This document shows positions 28,144-38,305 of a stretch of DNA of 64,000 bases, in pieces. Made by a program: the position numbers and the translations under genes. Position 1 is the stretch's first letter. Each line of letters begins with the position of its first letter. This DNA comes from a virus (Duplodnaviria; Caudoviricetes), in IMG/VR virus record IMGVR_UViG_2519899680_000008, positions 30,944-94,943 of that record; one strand, 5' to 3'. The notes under the pieces are model-generated. The model was not told the origin of the DNA. It worked only from the letters and a program-made list of their open reading frames with translations, and made no database searches.

Positions 28144-28935
28144 TTACTCCTTACCCCCGATTACCCCATGCTTCATTTTCAGGATGGCCATGAAGCATTC
28201 ACGCACCTGCTGGATGTCGCGCAACGAGGTAAAATAATTACCGGCCTCCCTGCGTTTCCGGTCCCGCTTCTTGTAGGTGTCCTGTACCTGGCAGATATTG
28301 AAATGCTCGTCCAGGTAATAATAGTCCCGGCCTTTGGGCGCCCGCATTTCAAGTGTCTCCAGCTGCCGGAGCCGTCCGTTCCACACCAGCCCCTCCTTCT
28401 TGAGGGCGGCAGAGAAACAGTTCCTGTCACAGGAACCTATCGGGGCCACCTGGAAATCATCGATATCCCCGGCCGTTTCATTCAGGGAATAGCGTGGCGG
28501 TTCATTTTCCCTCATCATGCAGTACATGATAATCTTTCCTTTCCTGATTTCGCGGAACGCCCCCAGTATGACATTCTCCCCGAGGATACTGAGCTTCACC
28601 AGCTGTCCGTCGTGCGGGATATAGGATGCCTCCGTCAGCTCGCATTTGCGCCTGTTCCAGAAAAGGTCTTTACTGTTAAGAAGACGCTGGAAGGCTGTTT
28701 TTTCTTTCAGGGTGGCTGGTCTGCAGTCGGCGGCAGGCATGACAACCTCCTCCCGGTACAGGTTGCCGTCGACAGTGCATCGGACCGTTATCGCCAGGCA
28801 GTCTTTTTCCGTATGATCTACAAGTCCCGTCTCCAATGTCACCATATTGAACACGGCCGTTCCTCTCTGTATTTCTGACCCCGTCAGACCCCTTCCGGAA
28901 TCTGTATCGGCATCCGTTCCTTTACGCGTCTCCAT
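28144..28935 (-). CDS. Hypothetical protein
   Basis: 263-aa ORF with upstream TATATTTG (28999-29006); two similar 'L..W..R..' segments. Confidence 0.65.
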   Translation of the reverse strand: METRKGTDADTDSGRGLTGSEIQRGTAVFNMVTLETGLVDHTEKDCLAITVRCTVDGNLYREEVVMPAADCRPATLKEKTAFQRLLNSKDLFWNRRKCELTEASYIPHDGQLVKLSILGENVILGAFREIRKGKIIMYCMMRENEPPRYSLNETAGDIDDFQVAPIGSCDRNCFSAALKKEGLVWNGRLRQLETLEMRAPKGRDYYYLDEHFNICQVQDTYKKRDRKRREAGNYFTSLRDIQQVRECFMAILKMKHGVIGGKE

Positions 28936-29569
28936 TTTTTTCGTTCCTCTCTGTTACCCATGGTGTTTCAATATTGCATATACGGGGATAACAATTGGCA
29001 AATATACAATTTATTCGGCACAGTCCGAGGCGGAAATCCGATAAAAACCCCCGCTTTGATATAAAAAGACAAAAACTGAACAAATAAGTCGTTTCCCGCG
29101 GGAATACCCTTGCCCTGTATATTCCTCGCGGGTTACGGAAGTCCTTGTACCGGCAATCATATCTCTCCGCTCGCCCATATATATTATTGCCATGCAATGT
29201 ATTGCAAAGGTAACGTGTGCCGATGCTCCTTCGTGCAGGGACAGAATATGCAAGTATATTTTTCATGCAAAACATCTGCCATGTACAACCCTGTTTTTAC
29301 AAGGGCCTCCGGAAAGCCTTCTTCCCTGTATATACCGGGAGAATGTAAGCGTATCTTTTCATGGAACTGTCATACCGTAACGGCGCGGGTGAAACGACGA
29401 CCGGTCTCCTGAACTTCAAGAGCTGGACCCGTCCCTTTCATGTATATTTCACGGCATCCGCTTACAATCCGTAACCTAACCGGCATTTTCGCCGGTTTTC
29501 AAAAACCGGACTTGGGAAAAATGCCCGGGGAGAGATACCGAATCCGCACCTGGACAGATACCCTCCCCA

Positions 29570-29960
29570 ATCTTTTTATTTTTATTACTATATTGATATT
29601 CAATAATTTAATAGGTTTACTTTTGTATAAAGTAAGCCTAAAACGGTTTTTTCTCTCTTTGTTACTTACAATTTGAAAGCAAATAAATTATTTCCTTTGT
29701 TTTCACATGTTTTGTATTTAACTATATTGTTTATAATCAATCGTTTATGTGTAAAAATCCCTTCCTTACACATTTGAAATCGGGTATTTTTCGATTTTTG
29801 CAAAGAAAAAATTTTTTCATGTTTTTATAAATAGTTGATATTCAATTATTTATAACTGTTTCTCGCGCATGTGCGTTCCATGTTTGGGAAAAGTGAATTT
29901 TTAAGGCAGTCTAAAATTTTTTTTTGCAAAAAGTTTTGGAAATTGGAAAAACGGTTTTAT
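29570..29960. promoter_or_regulatory. AT-rich divergent control region with repeated TTGATATTCAAT-like boxes
   Basis: Boxes at 29593-29604, 29835-29846 and variant TTTATAATCAAT at 29730-29741; gene orientation switches here. Confidence 0.45.
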
Positions 29961-29964
29961 CATA

Positions 29965-30680
29965 GTCATGTACTCGAAAGCCAAAACAAACGGCAAACAA
30001 GTACGGAAAAAACGAATAAAAAAAACAATAACTAAAAAACAGATTTAAGAAACAGACAAACCAGTCCGCCGAGAGCGAGAAACAAAAAGCCTTTTTTGTG
30101 GGAAACCTATTTTTGAGGCTTGGAAAATCAAAAATTGCCTGTTCGCTTTGGAGCGATTAAATAGGGTGTTAAATAACCACACCGAGCAGGACTACAAACC
30201 AATGTAGCAAGTTGGAACGGTCTAAAAACGTGTTTTTAGTCCGCATACGCAAAGCACGCTAAATTTTGGGAGTGCGAGAGTCGTATGGAAAAAGGACGTG
30301 TAAAAATAATGCCATAATTGCGCCCATGTGCGCTCGGAATAAAATGCACGATAGCGGTAAAAACTATCCGCATAGAGGACGCTGGTAAATGTATATGCCA
30401 ATGCTATACCCAATACCCAGCTCGGTGGTAACACCTAAATGCCTCACCTTACAGTTAGCTGCCGGATCGGAAAAGATCCGGGACGTGCCAGAGAAGCGTC
30501 TTGCCGAAATTGGAGTAAAGCAGCGCAGTGCCACGACACGAATGTTGCGTGAGTAAGCAAATACACGATATGCCGAAAGTGCGCTCATTTGGATAGCTCT
30601 GCTATGGGGTACGTTTAAGTAAGGTGCGACAAAGTTACGAAAAATTTTGCCGTGCAGGGTGAAATGCACGGCAATTTTTT
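29965..30680 (+). ncRNA. Candidate large structured non-coding RNA
   Basis: No credible ORF; many helices including 30087-92/30116-21, 30138-45/30183-90, 30244-49/30282-87, 30462-68/30475-81, long-range 30445-52/30619-26, 30647-56/30665-74. Confidence 0.55.
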
Positions 30681-30753
30681 GGGCACTGCTGAAAAAACGG
30701 TTTCAGCCGTTCCGCCTTTGGCTGAACGTGGGGTTCGAGTCCCCGAGTGCCCG
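30681..30753 (+). tRNA. tRNA-like cloverleaf (non-canonical, TTT at anticodon position)
   Basis: Acceptor GGGCACT/AGTGCCC, T arm TGGGG-TTCGAGT-CCCCG, 73 nt; atypical D arm, C33, no CCA. Confidence 0.5.
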
Positions 30754-30795
30754 CAATGCGTGATTTTGCGCAGAGTTTCTAAAATTTATATCATT

Positions 30796-31389
30796 ATGGC
30801 AACATCTAAATTGAACAAGGAACAGTATGCAAACCTCTCTTCGTTTGCTGGTATCATGTTGGTTTACAACTCGACAAACCGCGACGGTGAAACGGTGCAG
30901 ACTGCCCAACACTTTTTCGGCAAGGACTTCGAGCCTGCCGACAAAACGGACGACGAAATCTTCCGTGTGGTGAAAAACATGGTCGCAACGATGTGGCATA
31001 CCATTGCAGAGGAAAAGAAACTGCGGCAAGATGCCGACGGTATCCGCTCGAAATTCCGTGCCACCACTCCGGCAGAAATCATCATCTGCGACAAGAACCG
31101 TAACCGCATCAAGCACTACGACCTGACGGACAGCGTGTGGGCACGTATCGGACTTGTGCCGACCAAAGTGGATCTCGAGAAGTCAAACCGGGACTTTGCC
31201 AAGACTATCCATGCGGCGGCAAAGGCTATCCGTAACGCCATGAATTTTGCCCCGAACCTCTCCAGCCTTGAAAAAGCCGGAAAAGCTGACAAGAAAAACG
31301 GCGGCAAAGGAACAAAAAATGCAGAAGATGCGGCAACCGCGACCGCTGAAACGATAACCGCAACCGAAACGGAAAAAGAAGCCGCATAA
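30796..31389 (+). CDS. Hypothetical protein (first gene of accessory arm)
   Basis: MATSKLNKEQY..., Lys/Ala/Thr-rich tail, followed by terminator. Confidence 0.75.
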   Translation: MATSKLNKEQYANLSSFAGIMLVYNSTNRDGETVQTAQHFFGKDFEPADKTDDEIFRVVKNMVATMWHTIAEEKKLRQDADGIRSKFRATTPAEIIICDKNRNRIKHYDLTDSVWARIGLVPTKVDLEKSNRDFAKTIHAAAKAIRNAMNFAPNLSSLEKAGKADKKNGGKGTKNAEDAATATAETITATETEKEAA

Positions 31390-31431
31390 CGTAGCGGACA
31401 GGACGAACAATTTGCCGAAATAAGCGGATAC

Positions 31432-31474
31432 AGGCAGGCATAGTGCCGTGAAAACGGGGTGTGCCTGCCTTTTT
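31432..31474 (+). terminator. Intrinsic terminator
   Basis: AGGCAGGCAT...GTGCCTGCCT followed by TTTT. Confidence 0.65.
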
Positions 31475-31819
31475 CGTATCTGCCACCGCGAGGGCGTGTC
31501 TTCGGGTATCTGCCGCGAATACGCCCTTTTTGTTTCGGATAAAAGCAGTTGTAACGTGAAAGGCGAAAAGAATTTCCCGGCGGGAAACGCTGCCGGGGGT
31601 GTGCCCACACAGGATGCGGAGTACACCGCTGATGACCTTAAAACCGCTCTGGAGGAGTCTGAGCAATCTCTGCACGAGGCTGTCTTCATTGCCCGCAGGG
31701 TGTGGGAACGGGATAGCGATGCCATCAAATTCGACATCGACGATTTGGTGGAAATCGAATCGGCATTGCAGGAAATATGCAATATCACCGCGGGGGTTGA
31801 GAGCAACGAGAACGAGTAA
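31448..31819 (+). CDS. Hypothetical acidic protein (true start probably further downstream)
   Basis: C-terminal part looks coding (YTADDLKTALEESEQSL...); N-terminus overlaps hairpins. Confidence 0.4.
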   Translation: MKTGCACLFRICHREGVSSGICREYALFVSDKSSCNVKGEKNFPAGNAAGGVPTQDAEYTADDLKTALEESEQSLHEAVFIARRVWERDSDAIKFDIDDLVEIESALQEICNITAGVESNENE

Positions 31820-32102
31820 AGAGTATCGTAATGCGCACACGATTTCCGGAAATTGCGGGATTCGTGTGCACTGTCTCAAAACGGGCATTGATATACACTA
31901 TGCCGGGATTGTACCCCGGAATGCCCGCACTTTCCAAAATTCATTTCCCAACTTACTTCTTCACGCCGGGAGGCGTTGTGCCTACCTTGTACATAACACG
32001 GTTAAGTGCGGTCAGGTGTCCAGCGGGACAGCCTGCCGTACTTCCGCTGTTATCCCGTGAGGGGAAGCCGGGAAACGGACATGCCAATAAAATTAGAACG
32101 AT

Positions 32103-32495
32103 ATGATAGAAGTATTTGACACTAAACGTACCCGCAGTTACGGGTGCTTTACCAGCTTCAAGGCTGCCACGGATACGCTTGACAGTCTTGCCATGACGGG
32201 ACAACTCGGAAGAGTGCCTGCTATCAGCGTATCGGCGTACCGAAACGGAGTGCTGCAAAGGGAATACGGCGCCATGCGTACCGGTGGAAAATGGCACGTG
32301 CCGAAAGTGTCGAAAAAACGGATGCCGGAGCCGAAGCCTGCCAAAGGAAAACGCCGTAGGAAATGGTGCATGGAGTACGCCTCGGCGGAGTTGATGTTCC
32401 GCGAGGGGTTTCCTGACCACCTGAACCGTAGCTACCCGCTGTCGGCGGATAGCCTACGGCGATGCAATCGTAAGTGCAGGATATATATGCAATAA
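32103..32495 (+). CDS. Hypothetical protein
   Basis: ORF in co-oriented run. Confidence 0.6.
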   Translation: MIEVFDTKRTRSYGCFTSFKAATDTLDSLAMTGQLGRVPAISVSAYRNGVLQREYGAMRTGGKWHVPKVSKKRMPEPKPAKGKRRRKWCMEYASAELMFREGFPDHLNRSYPLSADSLRRCNRKCRIYMQ

Positions 32496-32511
32496 CAAAA
32501 CTATAAAGAAA

Positions 32512-32769
32512 ATGAAAACATTAGCAGACGTGAAAAGAAAGATGACGCTCGGCTCGAAGTGGCAGTGCGTCCAACTGTTCGAGGGCGGACAAGACCTCGG
32601 AGTGCGTGAAATCGGCAAGGTGCAGAAAAATGCCGTGGCATTCCTTAGAGCCGACGGGAAACTCTCGTGGCTGTGGTGGCCCAAGGCAAAGGACGTGAAA
32701 GTGGAGGAAAACACCTTTACCCTGCTACAGAACGGGAAGCCGAAACTCAAATACACCCTCGTGGAGTAA
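32512..32769 (+). CDS. Hypothetical protein
   Basis: A-rich leader, 85 aa. Confidence 0.7.
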   Translation: MKTLADVKRKMTLGSKWQCVQLFEGGQDLGVREIGKVQKNAVAFLRADGKLSWLWWPKAKDVKVEENTFTLLQNGKPKLKYTLVE

Positions 32770-32861
32770 GGAGAAAGGAAAATTCGAGCAAAATAATACG
32801 AACTAATATCAACTATGGGGGCTCAATGCCCCTATGCTTTTATAAACAAGGAGAAAGAAAC

Positions 32862-33317
32862 ATGGCGAAAATAACGAAGAAACAGGTGGATGCCATCGAT
32901 GCCGCGTGCCGGAACGGGTTCAGTTTCGACCGGTACGGTTTCGCGGTGCTGGGCGAAAAGCGCCTTTCGAGAAGAGTCACGCTCGTGGAGGACGGCAAGG
33001 AGGTGAAACTCATCCTCGGGTGGCAGAATGAAATAGTGAAATACACGAACAAGCATGGCTGTATCGTGTCGGCCCGTACCGGAAACGTGGTGCCGCAGCT
33101 GCACTGCTCGGTATGGAAGAAGGCTCCCGGGGAAAGTTGCTGGCACAGCCACGGGCTGGGGAAGTTCCACGTGTTCAGGGATAAGGCTTTCCCGAAACGG
33201 ATGATGAACCGGCTGTGCGAGGTGACGGAGCTGATCACGGACGAGCTGGTGTGCGTGATGCTGCCGGAGAATATACGCGAAGAATTCCGGCAAAAAACGG
33301 GACAGGCAATGGAATAA
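32862..33317 (+). CDS. Hypothetical protein
   Basis: Start MAKITKKQ after A-rich leader. Confidence 0.7.
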   Translation: MAKITKKQVDAIDAACRNGFSFDRYGFAVLGEKRLSRRVTLVEDGKEVKLILGWQNEIVKYTNKHGCIVSARTGNVVPQLHCSVWKKAPGESCWHSHGLGKFHVFRDKAFPKRMMNRLCEVTELITDELVCVMLPENIREEFRQKTGQAME

Positions 33318-33360
33318 CGTATGAAAACAGGACAAAACTAAAGATTAGAACCGCAAAATT

Positions 33361-33675
33361 ATGGAACATATAAATGTGGGCGTGCTTACCGAACGTCAGC
33401 TACAAGTTCTCAAGTCTACGGCGCCGGGTAGCGTCGTGCGGGACATCCGTACACTCCGGAAGCTATCTAAAATGGGCATGCTCACGCTTCATGAGCAAAC
33501 AGGATTGCTTGTCCGGGGATTCTGGGGCGGATACGTCAGGGCGTGGTACATCGAGACCGCCATGACGTTCTCGGTCGAGGGTGCGGGTATTTTTCGTGAA
33601 AAATATTTCGACGGATGTTTCTGTCCTTTCCTAATACGTGCAGAAATGGACGGGAAAGGACGAATAAAATACTGA
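33361..33675 (+). CDS. Hypothetical protein
   Basis: ORF in run. Confidence 0.65.
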   Translation: MEHINVGVLTERQLQVLKSTAPGSVVRDIRTLRKLSKMGMLTLHEQTGLLVRGFWGGYVRAWYIETAMTFSVEGAGIFREKYFDGCFCPFLIRAEMDGKGRIKY

Positions 33676-33687
33676 AAGCTATTTATT

Positions 33688-33936
33688 ATGGAAATGAAAG
33701 AACTTACCACCCACCAGCGGGGTGTGATCCTGCGCGGTATCTGTAACGGCGCCGCGCTGAGAGACAAATCACCGAGGATTTCGGAGAATAATACCGTCAT
33801 CACCACCCCGGATACGCTCAGCGGCTGGGACATCTGCTGCATATCGAGCGATGCCGAAGCTTTCGGGTTAAAAGCGAATTTCGGGTATGACGAGCAGACG
33901 AGAATAACATTCACCCGACAAGAGGAAACGGTATGA
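33688..33936 (+). CDS. Hypothetical protein
   Basis: ORF; stop overlaps next start. Confidence 0.7.
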   Translation: MEMKELTTHQRGVILRGICNGAALRDKSPRISENNTVITTPDTLSGWDICCISSDAEAFGLKANFGYDEQTRITFTRQEETV

Positions 33937-34460
33937 GGACTTATTACTACTTGGACCACCTGCACCGCGAAATCTTCCTCGAGGAGGAGGATATACAAGC
34001 AGTGCCCGAGAGTGGACGGGCTGATGAGGTCTGTGCCGCCATAGCGGAGAAGGCATACGTCGTGGAGCAGTTCATGGCGGACTCTTTCCGGACACTCAAA
34101 GCTGTGGTCAGCCGCCTGTGCGATTCCCCCGATGTCAAAAGCCGCCACGATGCGCTGATGTATATAGTGTGGACGGTGGCACTGGACATCAGGGAGTGGC
34201 GGACTCTGCGCCATAGCGAAGCCGCCGTCAAGGTAACCCGTGAAGACGGTTTCGTGTGGCTGCTTGTACCGGCGGAAAATGCTCGGAAGCTATGGAAGGC
34301 GGACGTCTTCGCCCTGTATAGGCTTTATGCCGATGATTCGGAATCCCTGATCGAAAGCGAGGCGGAGCTGGAATCGACCATCAAGAGCGGATACCAGATA
34401 GGTATCGAGGTGGGATTCGCCTCCGTAATGGGCCATGCCGCCCGGATGAAGCAACAATAA
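33933..34460 (+). CDS. Hypothetical protein
   Basis: ATGA-coupled ORF. Confidence 0.7.
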   Translation: MRTYYYLDHLHREIFLEEEDIQAVPESGRADEVCAAIAEKAYVVEQFMADSFRTLKAVVSRLCDSPDVKSRHDALMYIVWTVALDIREWRTLRHSEAAVKVTREDGFVWLLVPAENARKLWKADVFALYRLYADDSESLIESEAELESTIKSGYQIGIEVGFASVMGHAARMKQQ

Positions 34461-34500
34461 AAATCGGAAACAATCAAATAACGAAATCAAGAAGAAAGGT

Positions 34501-35598
34501 ATGGAAACAACATTATTGACAAAGGAAAATGCCCATCGTGTGACCATGGTGCGGCGTGTGGATGCCCCGGAAAGCGAACCGGTAGCGTTTCTTTTCAGGG
34601 GAAAGAGACACGGGTATTGCAGCTATTCCCATCTTGTAGGGAACCCGGGCAGGGAAGAAATCCTCGCCCCGGCGAACTTCAAGGACTGGGAAGTTGTGGA
34701 AGTGGCACACCCGGGCTACCTGGAAGAATATTTCAAGCAGGCGTGCAGCTCCTACAACCTCACCTCTTTCTCACCCGACGAGCGGGGTGAGTCAGACATT
34801 GCTTCGCACGAAAAGGAACTGCACGAGGATTTGCAGTCGATGCCCGAGCAGCAGCGGGAACGTTACATGGAAAACTACAAACGCTATTTCTCTGCCATGA
34901 TCGCCACCAACAGCCGTTGTGCCAGCGCGATGATTACGGGGCCTGCACGCTTCAACACGGGCCGCAACGAAAAGGCCTGCAACAGCCACGCCAAGAGCGT
35001 CACGGCGTTCCGGGAATGGCGCGAACGTGCACTCGAAGCGATTCGCAAGGCTACCGAAGCGGCCAAGCCCGGGGAGCAGTGTCTTGAGGAGGAGTGGCAG
35101 AAGGTCAAAGCCCTTATCGACGATGCCGCCTCGACCATTCACGGTATCGATACGGGTACAGAACGAGGCTATAGCCGGGCTCTCTTCGTCAGTAACCTCG
35201 CCGGGCGACTCTCCACCTATGTCAATCATGGCAATGTGGAAATCATCGACCGCGCCATCGCTCATCTGCGAGAGTGGAACGCCAAGGTCAAGAAACCTAT
35301 CGTCACGGCACGCCATTCGATCTTCAAGTATCCCGAACTCGTCCGTAAGGTACGGGAAAAGCAGCAGGAACAGGCAAGCCGTGAAAATCGTGAGATCCCG
35401 TTCGATGGCGGCAAGGTGGTCTATAACTTCGAGGAAGACCGCCTGCAAATCCTCTTCGACAAAATACCCGATGCCGATACACGCACGACCCTGAAACGTA
35501 ACGCCTTCAAGTGGTCGCCGCGCAACCAGGCATGGCAGCGCCAGCTCACCCGCAATGCCGAATATGCTGCCGGCCAGGTGTTGAAGATAACCATTTAA
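34501..35598 (+). CDS. Conserved mobile-element protein (DUF3560/polyvalent-protein-like C-terminus)
   Basis: 'SAMITGPARFN' and 'DRLQILFDKIPD...LKRNAFKWSPRNQAWQRQLT'. Confidence 0.65.
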   Translation: METTLLTKENAHRVTMVRRVDAPESEPVAFLFRGKRHGYCSYSHLVGNPGREEILAPANFKDWEVVEVAHPGYLEEYFKQACSSYNLTSFSPDERGESDIASHEKELHEDLQSMPEQQRERYMENYKRYFSAMIATNSRCASAMITGPARFNTGRNEKACNSHAKSVTAFREWRERALEAIRKATEAAKPGEQCLEEEWQKVKALIDDAASTIHGIDTGTERGYSRALFVSNLAGRLSTYVNHGNVEIIDRAIAHLREWNAKVKKPIVTARHSIFKYPELVRKVREKQQEQASRENREIPFDGGKVVYNFEEDRLQILFDKIPDADTRTTLKRNAFKWSPRNQAWQRQLTRNAEYAAGQVLKITI

Positions 35599-35609
35599 CC
35601 CGGCTGCCC

Positions 35610-36482
35610 ATGAAATACATCATCGATTCACGCTATTTCGACGGGGCATGCCTCACGTCCATGTCGGACGACACACGCAGCGATTACGGCGGCGAGACGC
35701 TGGAAGAGTTGCGCCAAAGGGAGAAGAACCCGTACCTGATTGCCGTATCGCCCGACCGCATGGCACTACTGGTGAAACGTTACAACCGGGCACTCAGCCG
35801 GCCCTTCCGGGAAATCTCGGAAGAACGCTACTATTACCTTTTCGAATGCCTGCCACCGGCACGCATGGGAAAGGACTGGTTCTTCGTCGGAGAACCTTAC
35901 CACGGCAACCTGTATCCCTTCTGTTTTCGCTCGGGCGGCAGGTTCTTCATGGCGGAACGCTCCTTGAGCCTCTCTGACATGGAAATAAGCAGCCAGATAA
36001 GTAGACACATGGAGAAACTGTACCGCCATCCGCAAATTGTCAAAGGAGAACCGTTCTGGCAGTACATGGCATGGTACAATACGAATGTGGCCTATATCCC
36101 GTATTCGTTCGTCATGGACGGAAAAAAATTATTTTTCCGAAATATTGCCACATGTACAAAGTCGCTTATCAACGAGCGGAAAAACCGGAACGAATTGGCC
36201 GGACTACTGCGTAACCTGCGTGCAAACCACTACGAGTACTGCACGTTCCACTCGGTAAAGAAGGACATATTCGAGTTTTTCGACTGGCTACAGAAAAACA
36301 AGTACACGCTGGAAATCCAGGGCGAGTTGTTCGACTTCGCGGATGACCGCTCCCACGTGGACTTTCACGGCAACGTGCGCGAGTATTCAGCTGCATTCTA
36401 TTACCGCATCTATTCACGGGAACTTTTCAGCCATATCATCAACCAGCTGCGTACCGTGAAGCGGTGTCACGCCCAGCATTAA
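35610..36482 (+). CDS. Hypothetical protein (DUF1419-like segment)
   Basis: 'EISEERYYYLFECLPP...FFVGEP'. Confidence 0.6.
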   Translation: MKYIIDSRYFDGACLTSMSDDTRSDYGGETLEELRQREKNPYLIAVSPDRMALLVKRYNRALSRPFREISEERYYYLFECLPPARMGKDWFFVGEPYHGNLYPFCFRSGGRFFMAERSLSLSDMEISSQISRHMEKLYRHPQIVKGEPFWQYMAWYNTNVAYIPYSFVMDGKKLFFRNIATCTKSLINERKNRNELAGLLRNLRANHYEYCTFHSVKKDIFEFFDWLQKNKYTLEIQGELFDFADDRSHVDFHGNVREYSAAFYYRIYSRELFSHIINQLRTVKRCHAQH

Positions 36483-36491
36483 AAAAGAACC

Positions 36492-37010
36492 ATGAACATA
36501 CTTGATAAACTGCGTATCATCAAGAGTGATGCCGTGCCCAAGGAAAACGCGAGAATAGAGATGTTTGGCACTTCCGTCAAAATCACGCACACCTGTGGCT
36601 GCGTGCTGGTGGAACACTTCGCCTGCGGTACCCCGACCGGCGTGCGCAAGGACGAGGAGCCCGAGAAATACGGACGGCTGCTGGCACAGCGGAAGTATTA
36701 CGTGAAACTGTGCGGTACCCATAAACCTGAAAGCATGACAGAAATCATCAAAACGAACGGGACACGCTATCCAGTGCAGCCTGCCAATGGTACGCACTTC
36801 ACCCTCGGGGAACTGCAAACGATTGTCGGCGGCTGTATCGAACTGGTGGAACTGGACGGGGACACGACGATGGTCGTCAACGAGGAGGGCAAGCTCATCC
36901 CCCTCTCCTTCAACCTTGAAGCGAGCAGGATATTCTGTGCCCATCACCCGGCGTCGAAAGACTTCATCGTCGGGGATGTACTTGTGTGTAACAACAATCA
37001 AATCAGATAA
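36492..37010 (+). CDS. Protein with C-terminal DUF3846-like domain
   Basis: 'LGELQTIVGGCIELV...MVVNEEGKL...IVGDVLVC'; internal MTEIIK suggests a two-gene fusion. Confidence 0.65.
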   Translation: MNILDKLRIIKSDAVPKENARIEMFGTSVKITHTCGCVLVEHFACGTPTGVRKDEEPEKYGRLLAQRKYYVKLCGTHKPESMTEIIKTNGTRYPVQPANGTHFTLGELQTIVGGCIELVELDGDTTMVVNEEGKLIPLSFNLEASRIFCAHHPASKDFIVGDVLVCNNNQIR

Positions 37011-37015
37011 AAATT

Positions 37016-37495
37016 ATGGATAAAGAAAAAGCAAAAACGCTCGGCGAAACCCTCGCGCGCTACAAAGATTTACAAGAGAATAACAGTGTAAGCCTGATCG
37101 AGTTTCACACCACCGACGGGCAGAAACACGGTATCGGCAACCCGGAAGCCATCAAGCTATTGCTTTCGGTGGCCGTCATCGAACTGGAACGCCAGATCCG
37201 GGCCGCACAGTTCGGTGACATTCCGGAAAGCCTGAAGGAGAGCCGCGAGTACAAGGCTGCCAAGCAGCTGGAATGGGCGTTAAATGATATGGGGTTCAAG
37301 CCGGAACGTTTCGCCCAGACGCTTCCTTACTTCCACAAGACGCTGGAACAGACATTCTTCAGGACAGTAATGGCCAGTATTCTCGCTATGGCGGAGCGTG
37401 ACCCGCGCCGTATCGACGAGTGCAACGAGGCTTCTTACGAGATGTGCCGGATGTTGGCCCCCATGTTACAGGATACCTATCTTCCTTTCATCTGA
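37016..37495 (+). CDS. Hypothetical protein
   Basis: ORF in run. Confidence 0.7.
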   Translation: MDKEKAKTLGETLARYKDLQENNSVSLIEFHTTDGQKHGIGNPEAIKLLLSVAVIELERQIRAAQFGDIPESLKESREYKAAKQLEWALNDMGFKPERFAQTLPYFHKTLEQTFFRTVMASILAMAERDPRRIDECNEASYEMCRMLAPMLQDTYLPFI

Positions 37496-37502
37496 CAGAA
37501 AC

Positions 37503-37829
37503 ATGTTCATAGACGAGAAGACACGGAACCGCATCCATGCCAATCCTGGCGAGAGCATTTCCCATAACACGATGCGTACACGAGACCTGATTCCGGCGTT
37601 CATGGATGTTATCCGTGACACGCCGGAGTACGTGCAGGTGATGAATGCCATTCCCACCCATGCCATGGATGACGAGGATGCCGAATGGTGGGACAGCGAC
37701 GAGGCGGCCGGGCTGCTGGAATCGCTGTTCGACACGCTCGACGGCTACTCCCCGGAAGGACATTATTTCGGTGCCCACCCCGGCAACGGCTCCGATTACG
37801 GGTTTTGGAAAATGGACAGGGACGAATAA
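37503..37829 (+). CDS. Hypothetical protein
   Basis: 'PEGHYFGAHPGNGSDYGFW' phage-like C-terminal motif. Confidence 0.7.
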   Translation: MFIDEKTRNRIHANPGESISHNTMRTRDLIPAFMDVIRDTPEYVQVMNAIPTHAMDDEDAEWWDSDEAAGLLESLFDTLDGYSPEGHYFGAHPGNGSDYGFWKMDRDE

Positions 37830-37839
37830 ATGTCGGAAC

Positions 37840-38013
37840 ATGATACGGATTACGAAAGACAAGTACATCCTCAAAGGCGGGATTTGTATCGGGCAAATCT
37901 ATCTTGCCCGTGCCGAAAGCAGGAAATTGAGATACCGGGCAATCTCTTACGTGAGTGGAATCGGCTTCAACACTTTCGATGAGGCCCACAGTTATACCAA
38001 AGATTTACTTTAA
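37840..38013 (+). CDS. Small hypothetical protein
   Basis: MIRITKDKY... Confidence 0.45.
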   Translation: MIRITKDKYILKGGICIGQIYLARAESRKLRYRAISYVSGIGFNTFDEAHSYTKDLL

Positions 38014-38025
38014 TAAAAGAACCGC

Positions 38026-38271
38026 ATGATAAATTGGATACAACAGACGCTTTTGCGCCGTAAAAAGACGGACAAAGGCAGGATGACGCTCGAAAAACTG
38101 AAAGAGGAATACTGGGACAGCGACGTGTGCATGGGGGAAATGCTGCTTTCCATGCCCGCCGACGGGCTTTCGATAGAAGAAGCGTTCGAACTGAGCATCG
38201 CCGCCAAAAAATGGGCGGACGGTGACCGTTTTTACCGGGTTGTCGACGAAGAAGAGCCGGAAGAATTGTAA
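38026..38271 (+). CDS. Hypothetical protein
   Basis: ORF in run. Confidence 0.65.
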   Translation: MINWIQQTLLRRKKTDKGRMTLEKLKEEYWDSDVCMGEMLLSMPADGLSIEEAFELSIAAKKWADGDRFYRVVDEEEPEEL

Positions 38272-38305
38272 ACGACCTACAACGGACAATAAAAAACAAA
38301 GAAAA

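Noticed and set aside
30652-30795. N-terminal extension of ORF 30652
   Set aside because: Overlaps the hairpin and tRNA-like element; ATG 30796 has a better leader
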